DNA of 64,000 nucleotides from an uncultured Chloroflexia bacterium (GTDB taxonomy: Bacteria > Chloroflexota > Limnocylindria > Limnocylindrales > CSP1-4), in assembly GCA_963813335.1 (NCBI GenBank), contig CAWEYL010000001.1, forward strand, positions 96,001 through 160,000. The letters are read 5' to 3'. A program made the translations under genes and the position numbers. Positions 9,435 through 19,098 of the stretch are shown here, piece after piece (positions within the stretch are counted from its first letter, which is position 1; every line of letters begins with the position of its first letter). Below the pieces are notes generated by a model. It did no database searches. It saw only the letters and a program-made list of their open reading frames with translations, and was not told where the DNA came from.

Positions 9435-10214
9435 ATGAGCGGCAACAATCGCGAGCCCGGCCGGTCCGTCCTGAACAAGGGGTTCGCGATCCTCAGCGCC
9501 CTGCGGACCGCGGAGACCGGCCTGACCAGGCCGCAGCTGGCGCGGCGGACCGGCATGCCGATGACGACCGTGCTGCGCCTCGCGAACGAGTTGCGTGCGG
9601 TCGGCGCGCTCGAGTTGGATGACCACGGCGTCTACCGGCTGGGCGGGTGGCTCTGGGAATTGGGGACCCTCGCCGCGAGCCGCTCGACGCTGCGCGAGAT
9701 CGCGCTGCCGTACATGCAGGACCTCTACGAAGCGACCCACGAGAACGTCCAGCTCGCGGTCCTCGACGGCTTCGACGCGTTGATGGTCGAGCGGATCCGC
9801 GGACCGAAGTCCGTGCCGATCCTGAGCCGGCCGGGTGGCCGCCTCCCGCTCCATGCGACGGGCGTCGGCAAGGTCCTGCTCGCCTACGCGGAGCCGGCGT
9901 TCATCGACGAGCTGATCGCACGCGGCCTGTCCCGGATGACGCCCTTCACGATCACCGACGGCGCCGTGCTGCGGCGAGGGCTGGCGGAGGTCCGGGAGCG
10001 CGGCTACTCGGTGACGAAGGACGAGATGACGCTCGGGGCCGTCTCGGTCGGCGCGCCGATCTTCGGGCCTGAGGAGGGCGTCGCCGGGGCGGTCTCGATC
10101 GTCGTGGCGACCCGTGGCGCCGACCCGCCCACCCTGGCGCCGGCGGTCCGCGCCGTCGCAAGCGGCTTGAGCCGGCGGGTCGGCGAGATCTGGGACTCGG
10201 GGGTCCGGTCCTGA
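9435..10214 (+). CDS. IclR-family transcriptional regulator
   Basis: SVLNKGFAILSAL HTH, RLPLHATGVGKVLLA and VRERGYS...SVGAPIF. Lies directly upstream of pcaH-pobA. Confidence 0.93.
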   Translation: MSGNNREPGRSVLNKGFAILSALRTAETGLTRPQLARRTGMPMTTVLRLANELRAVGALELDDHGVYRLGGWLWELGTLAASRSTLREIALPYMQDLYEATHENVQLAVLDGFDALMVERIRGPKSVPILSRPGGRLPLHATGVGKVLLAYAEPAFIDELIARGLSRMTPFTITDGAVLRRGLAEVRERGYSVTKDEMTLGAVSVGAPIFGPEEGVAGAVSIVVATRGADPPTLAPAVRAVASGLSRRVGEIWDSGVRS

Positions 10215-10250
10215 CGATGGACGGTCCCGACCGGCGCCGGCATCGAGCCT

Positions 10251-10265
10251 GTCCGACCAGTGGAC
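10251..10265. promoter_or_regulatory. Putative IclR operator GTCCGACCAGTGGAC upstream of pcaH
   Basis: GTCC-N7-GGAC palindrome. Its reverse complement matches the site at 15200-15214 at 13 of 15 positions. Confidence 0.6.
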
Positions 10266-10370
10266 AGTAGGCTTGTCACGCTTCGGGCGGACACGTACGG
10301 TCTGACCTTGGGCGCATCCGCCGAGCCCGCGATGCCCGGCCCCATGCTCCCGTCGGGAGAGCCACCGAAC

Positions 10371-11096
10371 GTGCGCAGCGAAGCCATCCGCGAGATCGCG
10401 CTCGAGGGTCGGGCGGCGGTCGATCCGCCGTTGCTCTATCCGGACTACGTCGCCAGCCGCCTCCGGGCACCGGAGCGGACGTTCGGGCTGCTCCCTCGCG
10501 GCCTCACCGAGCGGACCGGGCCGGTCTTCGACGACAGTCGGATCATGGGCGCGGACGCCGACCTGACCCGCCAGCACGCCGGCGCTCCGCTCGGCGAGCG
10601 GATCATCGTCACGGGTCGCGTCACCGATTCCGGTGGTCGCCCTGTGCGTGCCACGCTCATCGAGGCCTGGCAGGCCAACGCGGCGGGCAGGTACGCGCAT
10701 GAGCTGGACGACCATCCGGCCCCCCTCGACCCGAACTTCACCGGGATCGGACGGTGCCTGACCGACGACGATGGCGGCTTCCGCTTCGTCTCCATCAAGC
10801 CAGGCGCGTACCCGTGGCGGAACCATCCGAACGCGTGGCGGCCCGCCCACATCCACTTCTCCCTCTTCGGCCATGCCTTCGAGCAGCGGCTGGTCACCCA
10901 GATGTACTTCCCAGGTGACCCGCTGCTGCCGCTCGACCCCATCTACAACTCGGTTCCCGACGCCGCGGCGCGCGAGCGGCTGATCGCCGGGTTCGACCTC
11001 AGCCGGACCATCCCCGAGTGGGCGCTGGCGTATCGCTTCGACATCGTCCTGCGCGGATCGGCCGCGACGCCGTTCGAGTCAGACGACGACGACTGA
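10371..11096 (+). CDS. pcaH: Protocatechuate 3,4-dioxygenase beta subunit
   Basis: DADLT...GERIIVTGRV and WQANAAGRY, with Fe ligands in GRY, KPGAYPWRN and WRPAHIHFS; LVTQMYF. Start uncertain (GTG 10371 or ATG 10332). Confidence 0.95.
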   Translation: MRSEAIREIALEGRAAVDPPLLYPDYVASRLRAPERTFGLLPRGLTERTGPVFDDSRIMGADADLTRQHAGAPLGERIIVTGRVTDSGGRPVRATLIEAWQANAAGRYAHELDDHPAPLDPNFTGIGRCLTDDDGGFRFVSIKPGAYPWRNHPNAWRPAHIHFSLFGHAFEQRLVTQMYFPGDPLLPLDPIYNSVPDAAARERLIAGFDLSRTIPEWALAYRFDIVLRGSAATPFESDDDD

Positions 11097-11109
11097 CGAG
11101 GCGGCCTGA

Positions 11110-12291
11110 ATGCGGACCCGGACCCAGGTGGGGATCGTCGGCGCCGGGCCTGCCGGCCTGTTCCTGGCGCATCTGCTCCATCGGGCGGGCATCGAGTCCG
11201 TCCTGATCGAGAACCGCTCGCGCGAGTACGTCGAGCACCGGCTGCGGGCCGGCGTCCTGGAGCAGGGCACGGTCGATCTCATGCGCGAGACGGGCGTCGC
11301 CGACCGGATGGACCGCGAGGGCCTCGTCCATCACGGGATCGAGATCCGGTTCGACGGTCGCGGCCACCGGATCCCCCTGACGGACCTCGCCGACGGCCGC
11401 TCGATCACGATCTACGGCCAGCAGGAAGTGGTGAAGGACCTGATCGCGGCACGGCTGGCCGCCGGCGCCGACCTGCGCTTCGAGGTCGAGGACGTGCACC
11501 TCGACGGCATCGACACCGACCATCCGTCCATCCGCTTCCGCCACGGTGGGTCCGAGGACGTCATCGACTGCGACGTCATCGCGGGTTGCGACGGGTTCCA
11601 CGGCGTCAGCCGCGAGGCGATCCCGGCCGGCGTCCTGACCGAGTACCACTACGAGTTCCCGTTCGCGTGGCTCGGCATCCTCGCCTCGGTCGCACCCTCG
11701 ACCGTGGAACTGATCTACGCGCGGCACGACCTTGGGTTCGCGCTCCACAGCCTGCGCTCACCGTCGCTCAGCCGGCTCTACATCCAGGTGGACCCGACCG
11801 CGGAACTCGAGGACTGGCCCGACGACCGGGTGTGGGAGCAGCTCCGCCTCCGCCTCGCGACCGACGACGGCTGGACGCTGCACGACGGTCCGGTCATCGA
11901 GAAGAACATCGCGCTGATGCGCAGCTTCGTGGTGGAGCCGATGCAGTACGAGCGGCTCTTCCTGGCCGGAGACGCGGCGCACATCGTCCCCGCGACCGGG
12001 GCGAAGGGCCTCAACCTGGCGGTCGCCGATGTCTACGTCCTCGCCCGGGCCCTCGACGCCTGGTATCGGACAGGGTCGCGCGAGGCGCTCGACCGATACT
12101 CGGACACGTGCCTCGGCCGGGTCTGGCGGGCGCAGGAGTTCTCCAACTCGATGAGCTCGATGCTGCACCGCTATCCGGGCGACGACCCGTTCCGCGACCG
12201 GCTGCAACGGGCGCGCCTCGACGCCGTCACCTCGACCGAGGCCGCCGCGCGGGCGCTCGCGGTCAACTACGTCGGACTACCGCTCCCCTGA
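11110..12291 (+). CDS. pobA: 4-hydroxybenzoate 3-monooxygenase
   Basis: RTQVGIVGAGPAGL, RAGVLEQGT, YGQQEVVKDL, IAGCDGFHGVSR, GDAAHIVPATGAKGLNLA and NYVGLP. Confidence 0.95.
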   Translation: MRTRTQVGIVGAGPAGLFLAHLLHRAGIESVLIENRSREYVEHRLRAGVLEQGTVDLMRETGVADRMDREGLVHHGIEIRFDGRGHRIPLTDLADGRSITIYGQQEVVKDLIAARLAAGADLRFEVEDVHLDGIDTDHPSIRFRHGGSEDVIDCDVIAGCDGFHGVSREAIPAGVLTEYHYEFPFAWLGILASVAPSTVELIYARHDLGFALHSLRSPSLSRLYIQVDPTAELEDWPDDRVWEQLRLRLATDDGWTLHDGPVIEKNIALMRSFVVEPMQYERLFLAGDAAHIVPATGAKGLNLAVADVYVLARALDAWYRTGSREALDRYSDTCLGRVWRAQEFSNSMSSMLHRYPGDDPFRDRLQRARLDAVTSTEAAARALAVNYVGLPLP

Positions 12292-12690
12292 GCCCTCGAC
12301 GGTGGCGCCGTCGATCTCGTCGAGCGCCGCCTGGGCGATCTTGAATGCGGCGTTCCCGGCCGGGACGCCGGCATAGACGGTCGTGTGGAGCAGGATCTCG
12401 GAGATCTCCTCCCGCGTCACGCCGTTCCCGATCGCGGCGCGGACGTGCATGGCGATCTCGCCTTCGGCCCGGAGCGCGGTCAGGATCGCCAGCGTGATGC
12501 ACGACCGCGTGCGGCGGTCGAGCCCCGGGCGGCCCCACACATCGGCCCAGGCGGTCCGCGTGATGAAGGCCTGGAACGGCTCGGTCAGCGGCGTCGTCGC
12601 GGCGACCGCTCGGTCGACATGCGCGTCGCCGAGGACCTCGCGGCGGATCCGCATACCGTCGCGGAGGCGGTCGTCATCGGTCGTGGACAT
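12277..12690 (-). CDS. pcaC: 4-carboxymuconolactone decarboxylase
   Basis: GMRIRREVLGDAHVDR, FQAFITRTAWADVWGRPGLDRRTRS and YAGVPAGNAAF. Confidence 0.93.
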   Translation of the reverse strand: MSTTDDDRLRDGMRIRREVLGDAHVDRAVAATTPLTEPFQAFITRTAWADVWGRPGLDRRTRSCITLAILTALRAEGEIAMHVRAAIGNGVTREEISEILLHTTVYAGVPAGNAAFKIAQAALDEIDGATVEGSGER

Positions 12691-13450
12691 CTGCCCTCCC
12701 AAGGTGCTGCAGGATGGCGCCGGTCACCTCGACCGGGCATTCGACATTGGCCAGGTGGGCTGCGCCGTCGATCACCTCGACCCGCGCATCGGGCATGATC
12801 GCCGCCATCTCGCGGGCGGTCTCGGCCGGTGCAGCCGGGTCGTCGGCGCCGGCCAGCAGGAGCGTCGGGGCCGTCACGCGCGGCAGGTCCGGCCCGAGGT
12901 CCATCGCAGCGATAGCCTCGCAGCACGCGGCATAGCCCTCGGCCGACGTGGCCGCGAGCATCTCGACGATGAGCCGGCCGATCTCCGGCGCCCGCTCGGT
13001 GTAGCCCCAGCGCTCCAGGACGAGATCCTCGATCGCCCGGGTCCCGCCGGTGCGGACCGCCCGGGCGCGATCGAGCCATGCCTGCGGCGACGCCGGCTTC
13101 GCCGTGACGCAGGCGGCCACGAGCCGGTCGACCCGGTCGGGGTGGCTGGCGGCGACCTGCAGGCCGACCATCCCGCCGAGGGACAGACCGCAGATCGAGG
13201 CGCGCTCCACCTCCAGGTCGTCGAGGAGGCGGATGACGTCACCGGCAAGGTCGGCCATCGATGCGGGTCCGTCGACGACCGGCGACCCGCCATGGCCGCG
13301 CAGGTCGACCCGGACGGTCCGATGGCCGTGCTCGAGTGCTCCCGCCTGCGGGTCCCACATCGCCAGTGACGTCCCGATGGCGTGCAGCAGGACCACCACC
13401 GGGGCGTCCCCCGGGCCGGCGACCTGGTGGTGCAGCTCGACGGTGGCCAT
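12674..13450 (-). CDS. pcaD: 3-oxoadipate enol-lactonase
   Basis: Alpha/beta hydrolase: HAIGTSLAMWDPQ, DLRGHGGS, nucleophile GLSLGG, GYAACCEAI and AAHLANVE. Confidence 0.93.
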   Translation of the reverse strand: MATVELHHQVAGPGDAPVVVLLHAIGTSLAMWDPQAGALEHGHRTVRVDLRGHGGSPVVDGPASMADLAGDVIRLLDDLEVERASICGLSLGGMVGLQVAASHPDRVDRLVAACVTAKPASPQAWLDRARAVRTGGTRAIEDLVLERWGYTERAPEIGRLIVEMLAATSAEGYAACCEAIAAMDLGPDLPRVTAPTLLLAGADDPAAPAETAREMAAIMPDARVEVIDGAAHLANVECPVEVTGAILQHLGRADVHDR

Positions 13451-14586
13451 CAGCCGGGCGGCCCGTCGCCATGCGCCCGCAGGGCAGCGTCGACGAGCGC
13501 CGCCGCCTCGCCGAGATCTGGCGCTGCGTCCGCGCCCAGGTTCCTGCGCATCGCCTCGGGTCGGACCTCGAGGTGCTCCAGGCAGTCGCGCAGCCATGCC
13601 GCGGCCGAGCCGACGGTGAGGAGCGATTCCCGGACCGGTACCCATTCCGCCTGCCAGGCACCGGCAGCCCGCTCATGCTCCTGGGGCATCGCGGCGAGCA
13701 GGGTCGAGACGAGTCCGGGCACGCGCATCGCGGCGCTCGAGGCCGCCACCGCCGCGACCGGGTTGCGCTTGTGCGGCATCGCGGACGAGCCTCCGCGCCC
13801 GGCGACGCCTTCGGCCACCTCGCCGACCTCGGTCTGGGCGAGGAGGATGACATCCCTGGCCGGCTTGCCGATGGCGCCCGCGGCCAGTCCGAGCGCTCCG
13901 GCCAGGGCACCGATCCGGGTACGGTCGGTATGCCACGGAAGGACCGGCGTCCGCAAGCCGAGCTCGCCAGCAAGGGCCGACACCAGCCGACGCCCCGTCC
14001 CCTCGAACCCGGCAAGCGTGCCGGCCGCCCCACCCAGCTGCACGGCGAGGCCATCCGCCCCGACCGTCTCGAGCGCGACGATCGCCCGGTCCAGGCCGCT
14101 CATCCAGCCGGCGGCCTTCAGTCCGAACGTCGTCGGGACCGCTCGTTGGAGCAGCGTCCGTCCGGCGATCGGCGTCGAGCGGTGGGCGCGGGCCAGCCCG
14201 GCTGCCGCATCGGATGCGCCTCGCAGATCGGCGACGATGACCGGCAGCGCCCGGGCGACGACCAGCATGGAGGCCGTGTCGACGATGTCCTGGCTCGTCG
14301 CGCCCCGGTGGACCGACGGCGCGACGGCGTCGCCCACCGCTGCGCGGAGCCGACCGACGAGGGGCACCACCGGCGTCCCGGTCGCCCATGTCTCGGCGGC
14401 GATCTCGTCGACATCGATCTCGAGGCGTCGAGCGGCATCCTCGATGGCGGCCGCGTCCGATGCCGGGACGATCCCGAGCGACGCGCTCGTGCGCGCGAGC
14501 GCGATCTCGACATCCACCATGGCCGCGAGCCAGGCCGCGTCGCCGACCAGTCCGCGGACGCCGCCTCGACCGAGCAGGTCGGTCAC
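13450..14586 (-). CDS. pcaB: 3-carboxy-cis,cis-muconate cycloisomerase
   Basis: Fumarase-superfamily motifs HRGATSQDIVDT, GRTLLQ, GGSSAMPHKRNPV and HERAAGAWQAEW. Short C-terminus; start approximate (GTG 14586). Confidence 0.92.
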   Translation of the reverse strand: MTDLLGRGGVRGLVGDAAWLAAMVDVEIALARTSASLGIVPASDAAAIEDAARRLEIDVDEIAAETWATGTPVVPLVGRLRAAVGDAVAPSVHRGATSQDIVDTASMLVVARALPVIVADLRGASDAAAGLARAHRSTPIAGRTLLQRAVPTTFGLKAAGWMSGLDRAIVALETVGADGLAVQLGGAAGTLAGFEGTGRRLVSALAGELGLRTPVLPWHTDRTRIGALAGALGLAAGAIGKPARDVILLAQTEVGEVAEGVAGRGGSSAMPHKRNPVAAVAASSAAMRVPGLVSTLLAAMPQEHERAAGAWQAEWVPVRESLLTVGSAAAWLRDCLEHLEVRPEAMRRNLGADAAPDLGEAAALVDAALRAHGDGPPG

Positions 14587-14599
14587 CGGATCGGCGCTG

Positions 14600-15157
14600 T
14601 CAGAGCTCGAAGAAGGCCGTCGCACCATCGCCCTGGAGGCGGATGTCGAAGGTGTATCCGTCATCGGTCCGCCTGGCGAGCATCGTGGCCTGGGAGGGGG
14701 AGGAGACCGACGATAACACCGGGTCGAGGGCGTTCGACGGGTGGTCCGGAAAGTAGATCCGGGTGACGACCTGCTTGAGCAGGCCACGGGCGAAGACCGC
14801 CACGTCGATGTGCGGGGCCTGGACCGCCTCGTCCGTCCCCGCAACGGCCCCGGGCATCACCGTCAGCACGCCGAACCGTCCGTCCTCGTCGGTGGGGCAG
14901 CGGCCGAAACCGCGAAACCCCGCCATGCCGCCGGGGCTCGCTTGAGGGAACCGTCCGTCCGGATCGGCCTGCCACGTCTCGACCAGGGCGTCGGGGACGG
15001 GTTCGCCGGCGCCGTCGGTGACCCGGCCACGGATCCAGAACGACCCGTCGGTGCCGTCAGGGACGACGAGCGGCCCGTCCGCCCACGGCAACGCGATCCC
15101 GAAGTACGGTCCGACCGTTTGCGATGCGGTGGGGAGGAGGAGCGGGTCCGGTTCCAC
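14600..15157 (-). CDS. pcaG: Protocatechuate 3,4-dioxygenase alpha subunit
   Basis: TASQTVGPYF, DALVETWQAD, QAPHIDVAVFARGLL, TRIYF and FDIRLQG. Confidence 0.95.
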   Translation of the reverse strand: MEPDPLLLPTASQTVGPYFGIALPWADGPLVVPDGTDGSFWIRGRVTDGAGEPVPDALVETWQADPDGRFPQASPGGMAGFRGFGRCPTDEDGRFGVLTVMPGAVAGTDEAVQAPHIDVAVFARGLLKQVVTRIYFPDHPSNALDPVLSSVSSPSQATMLARRTDDGYTFDIRLQGDGATAFFEL

Positions 15158-15199
15158 GTCCGAACCGTATCCGGGAGGCCACGTTCTCACAAGGATGGC

Positions 15200-15214
15200 G
15201 TCCACTGGATGGAC
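15200..15214. promoter_or_regulatory. Putative IclR operator GTCCACTGGATGGAC in the pcaG / ABC-SBP divergent region
   Basis: GTCCA-N5-TGGAC palindrome, a near-copy of the site upstream of pcaH. Confidence 0.6.
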
Positions 15215-15337
15215 ACATGCCTTGCATCGGCCAGACCGCTTCCATACGGTCGTCGCACCATCGTCGATGGGCCGAATGGCACTTGCGCGGACCGCCGATC
15301 GAGGCTTCCGGCGGGTGCTCGAGGAGGAGAAGACCAG

Positions 15338-16739
15338 ATGGCCGAGCACGATTTCGAACAGCGGCCCCCGGCTGTCCCGGAGACGCGTCCTTCAGGCGGC
15401 GGCCATGGGAGGCATCGCGACCGGCCTCGGGGCGTTCCTCGCGGCCTGCGGCATCAAGACGTCGAGCCCCTCCGCCTCCGCCGGCGCAGGTGCGTCGACC
15501 GCGGCGAGCGTGGCCCCGAGCAGTGTCGCGAGTGTCGCGCCGTCCGCCGCTGAAGCGATCCCCTTCAAGATCGGCTTCGTGAGTCCGCAGACCGGCGCCG
15601 TGGCCGGCTTCGGCGAGCCGGATCCGTACATCATCGGCCTGGTGCAGGACAAGCTGAAGGCGGGCTTCTCAGCCGGTGGGAAGAACTACGCGATCACGAT
15701 CGTCCAGAAGGACGGCCAGTCGGATCCCGCGAAGGCCGCCCAGGCCGCCAACGATCTGATCACGAGCGACAAGGTCGACATGATCCTGGCGACGTCGACG
15801 CCGGAGAACAACAACCCTGTGGCGGATGCCGCCGAGGCCGCAGGCGTTCCCTTCATCGGTACGGTCGAGCCATGGGAGGCGTTCTTCTTCGCACGCCAGA
15901 AGGACCCGGCCAAGCCAGTCCCATTCAAGTTCACCTACCTCTTCTGCTTCGGTGTCGCGGAGTTCGCCAAGACCTACATCTCGATGTGGGACGACATCCC
16001 GACCAACAAGAAGGTCGGCGTCATGTGGCCGAACGACGCCGACGGCAACGCGATCCGCGCGGCGCTCGGCCCGGAGCTCGCGAAGGCCGGATATACGATC
16101 GTGGACCCGGGGGCCTACGAGGACGGGACCAACGACTACTCCGCCCAGATCGCCAAGTTCAAGGCCGAGGACTGCCAGATCTTCAACACGTTCCCGATCC
16201 CGCCCGATTTCGCGGCCTTCTGGAAGCAGGCGGCCCAGCAGGGATATGTCCCCAAGATCGCCCAGATCGCCAAGACCGGGTTGTTCCCGTCGCAGATCGA
16301 GGCCCTCGGCGACCTCGGCCCGGGTCTTGCGAGCGCCGCCTACTGGACGCCCACGTTCCCGTACTCCTCGACGCTGCTTGGCACGTCGTCGGCCGATCTC
16401 GGGAGCGGTTACACGGCGGCCACGGGCCGGCAATGGAACCAGGACCTTGGCACGACCACCGCGTTGTTCGATGCCGCGACCAGTGCGATCGCCGGCGCGA
16501 CCGACCCGAAGGACAAGGTCGCCCTCGCGGCCGCGATCGGCAAGCTCAACATCACCTCGACGATCGGCAAGATCGACTTCACGTCCGGGCCGTTCCCGAA
16601 CGTCTCGCCGTCGCCGATCATCGGCGGCCAGTGGATCGTCGATCCAACCGGGAAGTTCAAGGTCGACTTCAGCATCGTCGAGAACGCGACGGACCCGAAT
16701 GTCCCGATCGCAGGGAAGCTCACCCCGTATCGCGCCTAG
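15338..16739 (+). CDS. Branched-chain-amino-acid (Liv)-type ABC substrate-binding Tat-lipoprotein, probably aromatic substrate; apparent +1 frameshift at 15365-15369
   Basis: A strong RBS GAGGAGGAG precedes ATG 15338. Removing one C from the C5 run gives MAEHDFEQRPRLSRRRVLQAA...FLAAC (twin-Arg signal plus lipobox). Body has KIGFVSPQTG and DGQSDP. Confidence 0.88.
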
Positions 16740-16760
16740 ATCCCCTCGGGCCGAGCTAGG

Positions 16761-17507
16761 TTGACCAACCAGCCTCCGTCGGACGCGGAGCCGCTCCTCG
16801 CGGGCCGCTCGATCAACAAGCGGTTCGGGCGGTTCCTCGTCCTCGACGCGGTCGAGTTCTCGGTGGCGGCTGGTCAGTCGGTCGGCATCGTCGGACCGAA
16901 CGGGGCGGGCAAGACGACCTTGCTCGACGTCCTTGCCGGGGCGCAGGCGCCGACCGACGGCACCGTCGAGTTCCGCGGCAGCGACGTCACCCAGATGGGT
17001 GCCGCGGAGCGCTGCCGCATGGGGATCGGTCGGACGCATCAGGTCCCGCGGCCGTTCACCGGGATGACGGTCTTCGAGAACGTCTACGTCGGTGCGACCG
17101 CCGGTGGGGGCCTGCGCGCGTCGGCTGCCGACGAGCGCTGCCTCATGGTCCTCGACCAGGCCGGACTGCTGCCGCTGGCCAACCGTCGCGCGATGTCGCT
17201 CGGACTCCTCCATCGCAAACGGCTGGAGCTGGCGCGTGCCCTGGCGGCGAAGCCTGACGTTCTCCTGCTGGACGAGATCGGCGGTGGCCTCACCGATGCC
17301 GAAGCCGACGAACTCCTCGTGACCATCCAGGGACTCCGGGATTCCGGGATCACGATCGTCTGGATCGAACACATCGTCCACGTCCTGGTCAGGGCGATCG
17401 ACCGGCTGGTCTGCATGGACGCCGGCAAGGTCATCGCCGATGGCGCTCCGGCCGATGTGCTCCAGGACGCCAGGGTCATCGACGCCTACCTGGGGCGGCG
17501 CGCGTGA
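16761..17507 (+). CDS. Liv-type ABC transporter ATP-binding protein (LivG-like)
   Basis: Walker A GPNGAGKTT, RLELARALA, LLLDEIGGGL and WIEH. Confidence 0.92.
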   Translation: MTNQPPSDAEPLLAGRSINKRFGRFLVLDAVEFSVAAGQSVGIVGPNGAGKTTLLDVLAGAQAPTDGTVEFRGSDVTQMGAAERCRMGIGRTHQVPRPFTGMTVFENVYVGATAGGGLRASAADERCLMVLDQAGLLPLANRRAMSLGLLHRKRLELARALAAKPDVLLLDEIGGGLTDAEADELLVTIQGLRDSGITIVWIEHIVHVLVRAIDRLVCMDAGKVIADGAPADVLQDARVIDAYLGRRA

Positions 17508-18229
17508 CGCTCCTCGACGTCGAGTCCATCGTTGCCAGGCACGGTGCGCTCACCGCCGTTCGCGATGTGTCGATCTCGATCGACAAGGGAGCGACGGTCG
17601 CGCTGGTCGGTGCCAACGGCGCGGGCAAGACCACGCTCTTGCGGGTGATCGCCGGAGCCCATCCAGCTGCCGAGGGTCGCGTGCTGTTGGACGGGGTCGA
17701 CGTCACCAGGTTGCGCGCCCACGAGCGCGTCAAGCTCGGCATCGCCCTCGTGCCTGAAGGACGCCGGTTGTTCGCGGACCTGACCGTCGAGGAGAACCTC
17801 TCGGCTGCGCGCGGCAAAGGGCTGCCCGGACCGTGGACCGTCGACACCGTCTTCGACGCATTCCCGATGCTGCGACTGCTGGCCAAGCGACGGGCATCCT
17901 CATTGTCCGGCGGGGAGCAACAGGCCACGGCCATCGGGCGCGCGCTCATGTGCAACCCGAAGGTCCTGCTCCTCGACGAGGTGTCGCTGGGTCTGTCCCC
18001 GATCGCGGTCGACGGTGTCTATCGCAGCCTGCAGGTGCTGATGGCGGACGGCGGCTCGACCGTCCTGCTCGTCGAGCAGGACCTCCGGCGGGCGATGGCC
18101 GTGGCGGGGCAGATCAACTGCATGCTCGAGGGCAGGATCGTCCTGGCGGGCGCGGCCGACTCGCTGACGAGGGACGAGATCACGGCGGCCTACTTCGGTC
18201 TCGAACGGACGACGGCGAGGCCATCGTGA
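17504..18229 (+). CDS. Liv-type ABC transporter ATP-binding protein (LivF-like)
   Basis: GANGAGKTT, VPEGRRLF, LSGGEQQ, LLLDEVSLGL and LVEQ. Confidence 0.92.
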   Translation: MTLLDVESIVARHGALTAVRDVSISIDKGATVALVGANGAGKTTLLRVIAGAHPAAEGRVLLDGVDVTRLRAHERVKLGIALVPEGRRLFADLTVEENLSAARGKGLPGPWTVDTVFDAFPMLRLLAKRRASSLSGGEQQATAIGRALMCNPKVLLLDEVSLGLSPIAVDGVYRSLQVLMADGGSTVLLVEQDLRRAMAVAGQINCMLEGRIVLAGAADSLTRDEITAAYFGLERTTARPS

Positions 18230-19098
18230 TCTGGGTCAATGCGATCATCGCGGGCGTCCTCCTGGGCGGCTTGTACGCCCTGTTCGCCTGCGGCTTGTCG
18301 CTGATGTACGGGGTGATGCGGATCATCAACCTCGCTCATGGTGACCTGGCCGTCATGGGCGCCTACCTGGTCCTTGTCCTGGCCACGTTCCTCGGCGTTT
18401 CGCCACTCCTGGTCCTGCCGGTCGCCGTGGTGGTCATGGCGATCCTCGGGTACGTGCTGCAGCGCACCCTGCTCGAGCGCAGCCTGAGGGCTGGTCCGCT
18501 CGTGCCCCTCCTCACCACGTTCGGGCTGGCGATCGTCATCCAGAACCTCCTGCTCGAGGTCTTCACCGCCGACTCGCGCTCCATCGACGGCGGCGCCTTG
18601 ACGACAGCGAGCATCAAGGTCAGCGACCAGCTCTCGATCCCGGTCCTGGGGATCGTCATCTTCGCCCTGGCGGTGGGGTTGCTCGGCGGGCTCCAGCTGT
18701 TCCTCGGCCGGACCGACCTCGGGCGCTCGATGCGCGCCACGGCCCAGGATCCCGACACCGCCGAGCTGATCGGGATCGACTCCCGGCACATGTACGGGCT
18801 GGCGACCGCGATCGCCGTCGGCACCGTGACGATCGCCGGCACCTTCTTCGGGATGCGCGCGAGCTTCTCGCCGCTGACCGGCCCGACGCAGCTCATCTTC
18901 GCCTTCGAGGCCGTGGTCATCGGCGGGATCGGGTCGTTGTGGGGAACGCTCGTCGGCGGCGTCGTCCTCGGCGTGGCGCAGACGATCGGGGCGCAGATCA
19001 ATCCGCAGTATCCGGTCCTCTTCGGCAATCTCGTGTTCCTTGCCGTGCTGATCGCCCGGAGCAGCCGCCGCATCGGCGGCCTGATCCAGCGGACATGA
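18226..19098 (+). CDS. Liv-type ABC transporter permease (LivH-like)
   Basis: GGLYALFACGLSLMYGVMRIINLAHG, LGRSMRATAQD and VVIGGIGSLWG. GTG overlaps the upstream stop. Confidence 0.92.
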   Translation: MIWVNAIIAGVLLGGLYALFACGLSLMYGVMRIINLAHGDLAVMGAYLVLVLATFLGVSPLLVLPVAVVVMAILGYVLQRTLLERSLRAGPLVPLLTTFGLAIVIQNLLLEVFTADSRSIDGGALTTASIKVSDQLSIPVLGIVIFALAVGLLGGLQLFLGRTDLGRSMRATAQDPDTAELIGIDSRHMYGLATAIAVGTVTIAGTFFGMRASFSPLTGPTQLIFAFEAVVIGGIGSLWGTLVGGVVLGVAQTIGAQINPQYPVLFGNLVFLAVLIARSSRRIGGLIQRT

